This document shows, one piece after another, positions 46,074 to 59,400 of a stretch of 64,000 nucleotides of DNA; the first letter of the stretch is position 1, and each line of letters opens with the position of its first letter. The DNA is taken from assembly GCA_046563655.1 (NCBI GenBank), contig CM102286.1, positions 8,308,001-8,372,000 on the forward strand. Direction: 5' to 3'. Position numbers and translations under genes: made by a program. The notes under the pieces are model-generated. The model saw only the letters and a program-made list of their open reading frames with translations. It made no database searches and was not told where the DNA came from. This DNA comes from Yuukianura sp. NJ FZ-2021 (Eukaryota).

Positions 46074-48342
46074 TGTATTTTTAAACATTGTGCCAAAATG
46101 TTACCACACAATTGTTACCATTGTATCTTAACATTAGTTAGTGTTTAATTTTTGGTTGAGGTTGAACACTTTTATGTTCTTGTCTTATCTGTTTCAATTT
46201 TTTAAATTTTCCATCTACTCGTTCTTATGACTATAATGAATTTTGTGGAATTTGCTTGTTGTCAGTGTCAAGTTTTAAGAAAATTGATCACAACGGGAAG
46301 TCTTCCCTTTGCATTCAATATTCCCTAGCGTTGAATTTGTGTCTGGGGATGTGCTAAGAAACCCCTAGCTTGACATGGGGTCAACTCCTTAGGGGCAACT
46401 TAACTTAACTTAGGTTGGAAGTGGAATGAACAAATGGATTGGAAGCAGAGTGGCATCTCGATTAGCCCCAAGAAATTCGGAATTTGAACCAAGTCTCAAA
46501 CGGGAGCCTTTTCATTTGTCTTGATGAAAATTAATGAGCTTCTGTCCAGCTCCTCTGGTTCTCGGAATAAGGCAAAAGTCAAAGGAAGTGAATTGGATTT
46601 TGAATCTTGTTTCTTGAGAAATTGTTTAGTTTGAACTTTGAAATCAATCTTATTTCCAACAAGTCTTGACGTAGTGTTAATAAGGACTTTCACGGACGTT
46701 CAATTAGCTATGTTTTAATTAATTATATTGTATTGATATTTATAAGTTTTGCATGGTAGTTTTTATCTTGAATCAAACAGATAGTCGAAATCGTTAATTT
46801 TACAAATGACATAACCAGTTTTTATACTGTATTTTATAATTTATTGTTCAAATTATTATTTTGTTGAAATAATTCATTAGATTTTCAGTGATTTTATTTG
46901 TAGGGTTTATACGGCCCGGAGCTCTCAAGGATCTGCTTAACCTTAAAGTTTGGTGTTGTTTTACCAAAAGAGTAAACGGGTTTGTTTTGTGCCTAGTTTA
47001 AAATATATATTCCAATTTAAAAATACATGCATACACACATCTTATGCATATTATGTTAGGTATATTATATTCTGCATATTGAAATTTCATTATACGTTAA
47101 CGAGTTTTTGTTATGCGTAAGACTACAGCCTTGTTCGAAAAATTTTCACACTTGTACAATTGAATTTAACACAGCATGACATTTTACGAGATAAAATTAA
47201 AAATGTTTGTGTATGAGTTAGTGCAAACAATGAAAGGGCAGCGTCGAATTTGAAAATTTTGTGTTGTTCGCCGATGCCTTTTTAGATATAACTATACTAG
47301 TAATGCAATTTTGAAAAAAAGTTTGTTAACTCAAAATTTCTAACCTTTGGTTATATTAGCATGAGCACACCAAAAAGTTATTGTTAATCTTAAAGTTTCT
47401 TCAATAAATTTGAAGTTTGAGTCCTGAATAGCTATGGAGTCGAAACCCCAATTTCCAAGAGAAATTTACTGTTATGTCTTGATCAGCCAGGTCAGAAGAA
47501 CCTTATAAACCTAACATTTTGTTCAAAAACTTGGCTTCACTTTCTTCTCTTTTTGCAATTTGGAAAAAGAAATTTTGCATGAAAGGTTTTGCGAAGCCGA
47601 ATCCTCTTGGTTTACTAGAAAGCTTTTGGATTTGATTTCGACGAAAGCTACGACGAGTACTGAGATGGGCCTAACGAATCCCGATGCCTTGGAGGATTTT
47701 GTAGTCTCCACTTTTCTTCCATATTCAATTCCACAGTAAAATTTTACGACGGAACGACGCTTATCCTTTTCTTCTCTTTTCCGTGTTCTTTAGGAGATCC
47801 CAAATGGAACGACGCACACTTTCCGGGCGCTACTTTGCCACAGTTTAGTTGAATTGACGCAAGGGAAACCCGGGAAACAAAAAGTTAAGTCTCCAATCTC
47901 ATCTCCTCAAACTCACTTTCTTTTCCCTATTCTTGCAGATCTGTCTGATCTGTCGCAAAGGAGGACTTCATCCATATCACCATAGGACCCTTCCTTATGA
48001 AAATAGTCAACTTTCGATATAAAACAAAAGACCAAGAAAACACATAACTTGTTTCAATCTCTTTCTTCCGCACTTCATCCTCCAAATGTAACACAAACGA
48101 AATCCACTAACAAAAACTTTTTGCAAAAAAATATGAAAACGACTGCGACGCCTTTGTACACACTTATATTTCAATATTCAATTTCAAGATGAGGGAAACG
48201 ACTCGCTCTTTATTTTCCGTTCTATGAGTATTATACTTTTGGATTTCGAAGAAGAAATAGGTTCAGCCCTGCATTAGAGTGTGGTTCCAGTGTGTGGAAA
48301 AGGAAGTCGCTCAATTTCATTTTGGACAGAAATCCATACGTT

Positions 48343-50726
48343 TTAGCTAGAATTAATTTCCGTTTCAATCCAATTCAAATAGCGATTTAATCTTGTGTAC
48401 ACTCCAGGAAGTGAACTCCTTCCACAACCTTTTCCAGCAGCCACGATCCCAATAACCACAGAGTCAGCTCCGTTCTGGACCAGAAATGGGGAACCAGAGT
48501 CACCCTGTTCAAAAAAGGAAACGTTACAACCGTTAGTCACAACTTTTAGCACGCTTTGATCCGGCACCTTCTTCACAATGACGTGCAAATTTATGACGCG
48601 GAGGCTTGCTCAAGCTACGTTCGAAATTCAAAATAGCCAAAATTTCAAGAAAAAGAGAAGAAAAACTAAACCTTAGTCTTCTTTTTTTAAAAAATGATAA
48701 GAAATTAAAGAAGTATAGAAAGTAAAAATCAATTTACCCTACAAGCGTCTTTTCCACCTTCCAAATATCCTGCACAGAGGTGTGAACTTTTCGGTACCCA
48801 ATTAACCGCTCTTCTATGAAACCATTTGCGACACTCCGAATTGCTCAGAATCGGTATAGTCGCTTTCTGTAGCAAGTTCGGGTACTCTCCTGTCTGATCT
48901 GTAATAAAATTGATTAATGTGTGTCAATTTGAAAATGTCACAGGTCACTATTACTCTAATGACTTTTGACATAAAACGTAACCTATCAAAAATTAACTTT
49001 GAATTAAATGACTTGTAAAATTGAATGTCATAAATCCAAACCTCCAATAATATCCACTGAAGAGCCCCATCCTGCCACAGTTCCATTTTGTCCCTCTTCC
49101 GCTTCAAATCCTGAGCTGCTGATGCACGCCGGCCAAACATAGGGTGACCACTCCAAATCTCTGTCCAGTTTCAGAATGGCAATGTCGTTGACGTAGCCAT
49201 AAATGTTAAACTGGGGATGAATGGTCAATTTCTCAATGCCAACGTCCAGAGCATCCATCGGAACTTCTACATTGGCCAAGTCATGTTCTCCTATAGTAGC
49301 TACAAGACGATCCAAGTGGACAGCTCTTCTAAACTCGTTCGAAAACAGAGATTTCAAAAGAAAAAGGAAATAAAAATCGGAACTTTCTTTTTGAAGAAAA
49401 ACGGGTTTCATTTCCTTTATCTCTTTTCTTTTCCGTATTTGTTTCTCCGAAATGAAACTTTTGTGACTGTTATTGTTGTCCTGTTTGCCTCTTTTTCGAG
49501 GAGAAAAGTTTTCCCGTTTTAGAGAAACTGAAACCTCACACCTAAGGATTCAGGTTTAGCCAAAGCATGGGAAGACAATTCGTATTAGAAAAATAGTGTT
49601 TCCAACTATACGTTTTTGGAAAATGGAACTCATTGGAAGCTTTTTTTCCCCGTAGTCAACATAAGTATTCCAATTCCATTTTCCTGCCGTTATTACTTGG
49701 AACGGATAGACCAGTTCAATAAAGGCTTTCCCCAATTTCCCTTGCTCTACTAACGACCTATGGCTACAACCTTAGAAAATGGAAGAGTAAGAAGAGGGAG
49801 GCATCCGGAAAACTTGTGTTTTTACCTTCGTAAATTCAGTTGATATAAATCGAAACCAAGAGAAAGTAAAACAGTTTTTGGAGAACGAAAGGAACAAAAA
49901 GAGACTTAAAATGTAAGTGCGATCCTTGGACAAGATTTATGTGCCCGAATGAAATCATTTCCGACACATCACAAACTCCAAAGTTCTCTGGGCGGATTTA
50001 GAGATAAAATACTAAAAGTTAAGGTTAAGGTGTAGGTTAAAGTTATTGTTACCCATTTCGAGATATGTAGGACTCGAAGCAGTGAGCGGCAGAGATGACG
50101 AAGCGGTCGTTGACAATGAACCCGCCGCAGATATGTTGAAACTTTCCGCCGAATTTCTCTTTGACCGAAACCATCCAAGGGAACTCTCCTCGAAAAGCGT
50201 CTTCTCCACCAATGACCTTTGGCCTCCGCGTCAGTTGCTTCCCACAGATGACATGGGAGGCTACTACACAAGATCAAAGAAATTTGATTTCAATTACCTT
50301 TGACTTCTGAAATGAAAGGTAAAATTTTAATTGAGTTTTAAAAGTAAACAAAGGTCTCTATTAAGAAAATGCAGAGCGGTTCAAGAAAACTGCTTTTGTA
50401 TTTTGGAGTGTACAAGGTCGGGTGAAGCTAATTTCACTTCCGAGTAGTTTAGTTTTTAGATTTATGAAAAACCGGCTCTGTACTACTGTGATGTATTGCC
50501 CTGAACTATTTCCGAAGACAACTTGTACTGCTGGTGGAAAAGGGGACATGGTTCCACCAAAATTTGATTATGCGGTTGAAAGCTCACGGTTTGTGATTCC
50601 ATTAGCCTCAGCTTCTCTCGAACTTTGGGCAAGTAACGTAATTACGGCTGCGGATATTAAGACTCTTGGCTTCAAAAATTGTACACTTGAGGGAATTGCT
50701 TTCAAGCAATCAAAAAGCGATTCCAT
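48343..50726 (-). CDS. Trypsin-type (S1A) serine protease zymogen, 5 coding exons
   Basis: Exons 50726-50588, 50263(or 50260)-50053, 49328-49042, 48898-48738, 48504-48343, all phase-compatible. CG...PK|VIGG activation site, FPWMV, HICGG, SAAHC (His), NDIAIL (Asp), KDACRGDSGSP (Ser; S1 Asp indicates trypsin specificity), PGVYTR. The first exon is less certain. Confidence 0.92.
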
Positions 50727-53482
50727 AGCAAAAATAACCTCTCTGTGTCTAAGTTAAAACAATGTTTACAATCAGTTACAATAATATCAACTGTATCAAT
50801 ATTTTTGGACATTTCTATTTATATTTTCAAAAATCGTAGGAAATACTAGTACACCTAAGGTGTACTAGTCGCTACTTCGTTTTGACTGACGTCTCTTGCA
50901 CGTCATCCCAAATCTCCAGCAGTGTTGGGGTTGAACAAGAAGAAACAAATTTAAGCGGGAAGAAGTGAATATTGGGAATAGGCGTTGATGTATAGCTGAC
51001 TTCCTCCATTTGCTTTGTGAGTAACAGGGAAATAACAAACTACAAAAAGAAGACACGTGCTTGTTGGTGTGAATGAAGGTCTAGTTCAATCTAGCAAAAT
51101 ACTTAATTGTAATAAAATTTGCACATTACCTAAATTAGAGGTTATTCTTCCAGTGCGTCAGAGCCATTTTCCAGAATTTACTGAATTTTGGTTTCTTCGT
51201 CATCAAGCCCTGGCCTCTTGCTCTCAATTCCACTTTGAAGATCATGGGTAGATCAACAACACTTGTAACGCACATTTTCGTAAGGTTAAACAATTCACTT
51301 CTTTACTCAGACTGTAGGTCCAATATATTGCAAAATTTTCTTTCAATAAATATGAAATAATATTCACAGTTGGAAATGCAAAACCAAATCAAGTGAAAAG
51401 GAGAACCAATTAAGCGACTCCTCATTATCCGAAAAAATCGTCCACGAATATTTCAATAATACATCTCTGTACATCTCTGTGCTCCTTAGAAAAATTTAAC
51501 CACTTTAGCGTAATTGAGAGCGAGGTTTCTAACCAGGAATAGGCCCGACATGGTTATTTTGGATTTTGATAAAATTTGACATGTAACTTCATTGTGACCT
51601 TCGAAATTTTTTTTCGATTCAATCATGTCGTTTTTCGGAGATGTTCAAAAAGCTTAAAGTTTTAAAATTCTTACGGGGAGTAGTAACAGGAGTTTTTTTC
51701 TGGTTTTTTTCAGTAACTCCTCTTTGAAGATTTTCCGGGAAGCTTATTTTCGGAGTTTAATTTAAGTATAGATGACATAATCTATTGACAATTGGATAGA
51801 TTATTTTACTTTTAGACGGAGTTTAACAGACGATAAACTAGAAAAAAAAGTAGAGGGTGGATAATATTGAAACTTAATGTTTCCAATTTCTTTCCTCGAA
51901 AGGTTCATGTGATATTATCAAAATCAAATACTACTGACAGAAGGTGAACAACTGACATTATCCGATTAAATCTAAATTAAACTTTTGTAATTTTAAACTG
52001 AACGGTTCACGCCCAACAAAGCGTTTGTTGGGATAAGAGTTTGTTGACATGTCCGGATAAGAGATTTCTGGGCCCTCGCGAAGGTTTGCATTGCGCGAGA
52101 TAGGAGTTGAGATGAGAGAAATGAATGGGAGCAAATCACCATGCAACTTCTCCTATCCCACACCATGCAAAACTCCCATTGGGCCCAGCTCCCATCTCTT
52201 TCTTAAGCTTATCCGGACATGTCCGGATAAGGGTTCTAAAGATAAAGGGATGTAAAGATAAAGGTTCATTCTAACATGATTTAATATTTTATTTATGTCA
52301 CAAAAATTTCTCCACAAAAAATACTTTCAATAAATTTTTTCCTTTATATTTTGTTTGAAACAATGCCACAATACTTTTATAACGTTTTTGTATAAGGCCG
52401 ATGATTCTATTTGAATCCCAATGAATCAAAGGTTCACAAAGTTTTTTTTTTTTGTTGAATATCCAATTCAGGATATTTTTGCGATTACTGGATACCATGA
52501 TAATTCGTGTTCAAGTTTCAAAGACTTTTCAGCGCTTTCAGCATTTTCATTAGCGTTTTGGAAGGCAAATTGAAATTGGAATTGAGATTCAAATTTTTAT
52601 AATAAACTAAACAACATCTGAAAAAAGTCATTTTCAACATTTTTAATGTTAAGGTGTTCAAACAAGCGGTCTTCTCTTTCTTTCCGCCAATTTTTTTATT
52701 TGAAGTTGCTAAAACTCGCATTGTTTGCGGAAACGATTAGAATCCAAGCCTAGATTGAATATATAATTTATTATTGATCATAAAATAACAAATACTTACC
52801 AATGGTTTGATAATGTAGCTGCGAATTTAATGCGTACAGGATAACATTATGTAACATACTTAATTTGGCTTTGACTTACTTCTAATGTCAATGATGCTCT
52901 GCTGCAGCTGCCCTTTACCCAATTTCCTCTCAGGTTGCGTGTGTTATGCATACAAAACAGAAATACTGTCACCTTTGCCGTACTCGATGTGGCGACGCAT
53001 ACTTGTCTAATTTTTGTAAAACCATTTGTAGAATAATTTTGGAAAACAAGTTCAGTTTATTTGTTGACTTGAATTTGGAAACCGATAGGTTCATCTTCAT
53101 TTTTTAATTGTAACGTATTTTAAGAATACGTTTTTCCTTCGTGACAATTTTTCAAGTTAAGACCGAAAGTGAAACTTTCGTAACATTATGTTTAACCATA
53201 ATGTTTAACACTAGGATTAAGTTTTCCTCCACAAACAATCACTTTTCATTTGATGAGCTCCTATAGTGCCTTGTTTCCGTATTGAATATAAATTCCACTG
53301 GAGTTTTTCTCCTTTTAGTGTTATTCTTTCATTAGGTTAACAAAAATCGATTTGGTTTGTTTTCCTTCCATGTGGTGGGGCCTGTTGAAGTTGTCATTGA
53401 GGAAGGGAGAGTTGATTCGCACAAGAAGTAGTGGTGGCAGTGATGCAGAAGGGAAATGTTAGGTTAGGGTTTTGGGAGAAAG

Positions 53483-56400
53483 TCATAACGGAGATGCTGA
53501 TGCCTGGTGATGCTGCTGTGCTGGACATGCCATGGCCAGTGGACTGATGATGAACAGGAGGATGAGCGTGAGGCAATGGGCCGTAATGATGCTGGAGAAG
53601 GAGGAGAAGCGACCACTGTAAGCTCTGGACGACGTCGAAGTGGCCGTCGAAATACTGGACACGGAGTAACTGGCTTGCGTGATATTTAGCAGTATCGTAC
53701 CCTCATGAATCCCTTTGCTATTTCGGGCTACGAACATGTACTCTCCTCCGTCTTCCGAAGACAGATTCTGGATGCTAAGTACTGCCAAGTAGCAGTTTGG
53801 TGAATCCGGACTCTGGGAAATAAAAAACATACTTTTAGAAATGGACTAACCAGTAACATTCTCAGAATGCTCGACAGGTCAAAAAGGTCAATTGCAATAT
53901 GAGCAACGCGACAATCCAAATTGGGGTTAAATAACTTCTTCATTATGACTTATCGAACATGGAATCATGAAAATTAGCCCACGCAGAGCGTTCCACCTTG
54001 TCTTTGACGAACATGTCTACTTGTTTACAACACTGTTCCTAAGCTTATAGTAAGTTCGAGTTTAATTGTGCAAAAATAGTGTTAAGTGGAATTGTGTTGG
54101 AGTACTTCAGAATCGGGTCACGCATAGCAGAACCCTACATTCGACTGTCCTTAACATTTTTGGTGGGGTTTTGATGGTTCATTTTTATGAAGTGCCGTGA
54201 AGCGGTAAACATTATTATTTAGGATGCCATGATAAAGTGTGTCTCTTGTAAGCTTTGTTGCACAGCTCGTGTCCAGTGTGTACTCAAGGGGAAGGGGCCT
54301 TAGAGCTCTAACCCTGCCTCTTTCAGTCGTAAGTCAGTGTCACAGTGAAGCGTTAAAAGAATTGATTAATGGACTTTAAGGGACACAAGGGACTATGTCT
54401 TCAGCAGTTTCTTTAATAAATTCAACAGAAACAAAAATATTTTAATCTCTCGTCAACTCGAGTACTGCTGGCACTGTTATTAATTTCCCAACAACAAAAG
54501 AAATGTCAAATGTTTTGCTATTCAGTAAAACCCAATTCAATTAATCCTTTGTCAAAGGTTTTTCTGTTTCTTCCAATTTTGTCTGGAAGTTGTTTGCAAC
54601 GTTTGCTATTTTGCAAATTTAAGACGTACCTCCCTTTTGTGCTGATAAAAACTTTCCAAGCAATTTGGGTTATAGTTTTTGATTGTTTGGGACATACTAA
54701 TAATTAATTTAAGCTTTGAAAACAAATTAATCAATAGTAACATACAATACAAAAACTAGCCCAGTGCACCGGTTATTTCTGAATACATAAACCAATTTTT
54801 TTTATAGGTTGAAAACCCCTGTTCTCAAAGTTGCAACTTCATGTCGTAATACAGTAGCACCAGATAAAACCCTGAAGTATTTTGGAGAATGCAATTTTTT
54901 TTATGCCTTCAGTACTTGCATTAAAAAGCCACTACAAATTTATCTCTACCGAGCAATTTGTCTAACTTGCCATACGGGTTTTGTTTGAGAAGCCGATCCA
55001 ATAAATAAAGGCGGCATTTTCTGGTGTAATATTGACGAAGTATAAAATTTATTAAAACAATTTTTTAAATATCAAGCCAAGTTACATATTTTAAAATTTT
55101 AAAAGTAGATATGTAGCTCGGAAGTTTGAGAATTAAAAAAAATAAATCTCTCTTTTACGATTGGCAAAAAAAAAACGAGTTCAAGAATTTCACAGTTTAT
55201 GACCCCAAGGAAAAACTTGGAAAATGAATTTTTGTTTGATATTTGGGGAAAACTTGAAATTTTTTCCCTAGAATCAAGCACAAAATTATATTAAATTTTT
55301 TGAATTTTTAGTCTGAAATTGTATGGTTTTATAATGAAACAAAGTTTCGTGGGTGAGAGACGAAGCGCGTTGTGTAATAAAGTTTGGGTTAGGAGTTTTA
55401 GGCGTAAAAAAAGTTTGAAGCTTGTCTACATCCTCCGGCTTTTATTATTAACCAATTGTTTTATATTTGAAATTGAAAAAAAAACTTCAACCGTAATCAT
55501 AACTTGTTCAAAAGTTCTCACAGTGCCAATTCAGATGGATGAATATTTCAACCTTTCAAATTCATATCTCACACAAAGAACTCTTTCGTCAACTTCAAGA
55601 AAACTCCTTCAGTACTTTATTTTATTTTACAATGTGGGGACTGTGAAAAGGAAGTTCTTCAAATTTGAATCAAAGTAAAAGTTCAAAAGCTTTTCCCGCA
55701 GAACAGTCCGTGACAAAGGGCTCAATTTGGCCAACAAGAATCCCAGACTTTCAAAACACAATCTCGAACCTGCCGCCAATCACAAACACGCATTGGCGAA
55801 ATTTAGAAATTACATTGCTCTATTTATGAATTATTCCATTATTTATAAAAATTTACTACAATTTAATATTAGTTAAACATATACCAATGAGGATACTAAA
55901 GAACGAGAGTAAGTTTGAGTTTTTCTCCACCCGCCAGTTTTTTAGCCATCCCAACTCAACTATAAAAAAACTGGCGGGTGTAGAAAAACTCAAACTTACT
56001 CTCGTTCTTTAGTATCCTCATTGGTACTATCTGTACTTTGAGGAATTCAGTAACATGCATGAAATAAATACTAAATATAGTAAGGCACCAAACCTAATTT
56101 ATAGAACCAAACCACGTTTACCTAATTTATTGCACATAATAAATTGGTACTAAAAATCTGAAAAGTCCGAGAGCACTTTCTAAGAATTGAAAATGACAAA
56201 GCCAGCATTTTTGGCAGAAACTGCCAGTTGAAAAAATTAGACTCAATTTCAAGAGACCACAAAAATTGTTCGCTCTCTCGTTTTGAAACAATAAAAAAGT
56301 TGAGCAGAATAAAGAAAGTCTTTGTTAGTTTTACTTCCCTTTCTTTGCTACACTTTCGAGCATGAAATCTCTTCTTCTTTGGCGTGCTTTCACTTCTCTT

Positions 56401-59400
56401 TGATCAGGTAACTAACTTTCCACGTGGCAGCACATTGAACAAAATACCAGAAAAATTCTTCTTCCAAAGAAAGTTACATAACAACTTATGTAACTTTGAT
56501 TGCATATAGGGTTTCAGCCAAGCTTCAACTCTACTATTTTGTAGTGCACTTCGGAACAAAACCTCTACAAAAGGCGATGTTTTTCAAGCATGGTTTCCGG
56601 CATCATGTAGCACATTTCTATTGTACTCCTGTGTCACTTGAAGCGCAGTTTCCGCATTCCTTTGTCCATTTTAATAAAATGCCTCAGAGTGAATCAAAGT
56701 GAAGAGAGGCATGCGTAGGGAATTAAGTTTAAGTCGTTTGTCAGACTGCGATGAAAGTGTCCTCCTATGACATTCCTTCTTTCTAATCCCTGTCAACTGT
56801 AAGTATCCTAAAACTCGCATTGTTCTAGTTTTGGCAGAACCATAGCCACTCTTGTGATGTTGTTTGTTTTACTTTTCCTTTGAAAAAAATTAGAACGCTG
56901 TGTACATTTCTGCAATAGTGACACCATGCCTTTGTTCTTCGTAGCGTAATGAAGCGAAAAACTGTAACAAAAGGCATTCGTGTAATTGAAAATGATCATG
57001 ACTGACAGTTGCTAGTCAACTTTTAGAACTCGTTTGAATCCCATTCTTGCAGAACTTCTTTTTCCAATAATTGAAAACTAGAGCGGCAAAGTCAAAATTT
57101 TTCTACATTGTGCATAGTAGGGTTCCATAGTCCATTGTTTTTCTGAGATCACAGCTATTGATTTTCCTTATCTCAAACGGAATCAATGCTAGATTTTCCT
57201 TTAAGTCTGTACTTCAAAGTGAAAAGGGCTTTGAAAATTAAAAGGCTCTTAGATTAGTCTGAATGAAAACGACTTTGATTCTTTCGTATATATAGTACTA
57301 TATAGTATTTGATTTTCTGAACAAAGTTTTTGCTCGTAGCAGGAGTCCGCCCAAACGTTATCTGTACAAAAGTAATTTATTTCTGACAAAAAGGTTCCTT
57401 AATTGTAACCAACGCATTAAGAATTATTGCTTTCAGTTTCTCCACAGGGAAAGCAAGAGGTTCCTTTTTGGTTTTGCCCAACTCTAACCTAGGGGAAGCC
57501 TAGGGTGAACGCTAGAGAAGGAAATGGAAATGAGGAGGGAAAGATCAAAATCGCGTTACTTCCAAATTGTTAGTCGTCTCGAAAATACGTGCGTCGATCT
57601 CCCTTGTACTAAAGATCCAAGCTGCCCAAAACTCTCGTCTCTTCTAGCAGTCGAGGTTAATGAACAGAGACAGTTTCTTTGGAAACACTTTGACTTTACA
57701 AGGATTCCTCCTTTGCAACACTCTCCAGTTACCTTTAGTCTCATTAATTACATTAATTAGAACTCAACTCCCGCTGGAACTCATTTGGTTCTTGGAAAAG
57801 TACATGATGATCCATCCACGCTCTTTCCAGGAATCGAGTCTGACTTTTTAAAATCTTTGACAAAAGCTTCAAAGATCCAGCCAAGTCTCATGGTCTAGAT
57901 GACTTTGGGCTGGGCTAATCTGATTTAACACTACAGTGCTTTTGATTTTCAAATTCTAATCTTCTTTTTCAAGAAATTCCTTGCGAGACTGAAAAAAATA
58001 CTTCCACTAAAAATTTAAAATGAACCATTAAAATGGGATTTTTAGACGATGCTGTACACTATAAAGAATCTTCCTCTTAGGAATCTTCAACTCCTTGACT
58101 TCTCTTTGGATTTTGAGAATGCAGACAGATTAATTACTAGAGACAATGAAGTCGAGCAGAATCAAAATGAGGAGAGAATGAAGCAGGAAATTTTAAAAAG
58201 TAATGCTTCGAGGCTCAACTTTCCCGCCGAAAGCCAAAATGCGGGCAGATGACAATGATGGATTGACAGGATTGTGAAGCACCTTTCTATTTCCACTTTC
58301 TCTTCTTCCCAAATCCGCACTTCGAACTCTCCCTCATCATTTCCTATCCAGAAAGCGTTACCTAACTTATACCAGCATAAACCTAACCTTCCAGAAGAAG
58401 CATCGAGAGGGTTTCGTATTCATTAGTCATTAGATTGATTAACTTTAACAAGTCAATGGAACTTGATTATTCTGGAGTGTCTTTTGCTACCCCACAAGTA
58501 TACGTACAAACCTTACCAGTACAAGTGAATCCTAATTTTGAATTTACATGGAAGTGCCATTGTGGTAGTTTTGAACCTCAACCAAAAGTTCCACTTCATT
58601 CCATAACTAATTTCCTGAGTGATTCCCCACCCCAAGATTATGTGGTACTTTCATTTACTCTAAAAGTCCTTTTATAATCTCCCGCATTCTGCTTTAACAT
58701 TATAAAGGATCCTTGTTTAGGGTTTCCAAGGGAAGAGAAATTTTGAAAAGTTTTGGTGGAAAGTGAAAGCCCACAAGTGAAAGTTGTAACATGTGCGCTT
58801 AGTCATTACAATTTAGGAGCTTGTGTTTGTGCTTGCAGGGAGCCACAGGAGGTTATAATTAGGAAGAATTTGCATTGACGCTGCTCTGCATATGCATTTT
58901 GTAGAAGTCCTGCTTGTTTAAAAAGTACCATTCAATTCTTTGGCGTTGTGCAGAGCTCTATAGTCATTAGAAACGTCAGTGGGCGGATTAGAACATTGAT
59001 TTAAATTTAATCATGCTGTTGGACCCCGTAATTTAGCACAAGTCAGTTCCAGTCGCACTTCAACTGCACTTAACCCCAGTGAACCCATAAGCCAATCCCT
59101 GAAAATATATTTTTTATAATTGCCGCTTTCACGCACCGTTTAAATCAAAACTTTCTCCAATCCAAGTCAACTGAAAAATCGCAAATGAATATGGTGCATG
59201 GTAGGGTATCATTAACATGTGCACAAAATGGATTTACTTTTTGGCACTTTTGTGCATACAGCAAAAAGGAGGGTCCAGACTCTTGACTTTACTCCTGGAC
59301 ACGTCCGAATCCATGCGTTCCCATGACAATTCTCACTTCAAAGTACGAAGAACCTAACGTAGTGTAAGTAAAAGTAGTAAGTCAAATGTGTCGGTGTGGC

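Noticed and set aside
50422..50757. Plus-strand ORFs 50422-50757 and 50046-50303, and similar shadow ORFs such as 22264-22539, 18759-19067 and 40391-40573
   Set aside because: They overlap better-supported exons on the opposite strand.
57524..58677. Nested plus-strand gene in the Ig-gene intron
   Set aside because: Fragmentary ORFs in several frames with no motif or clear splice chain.
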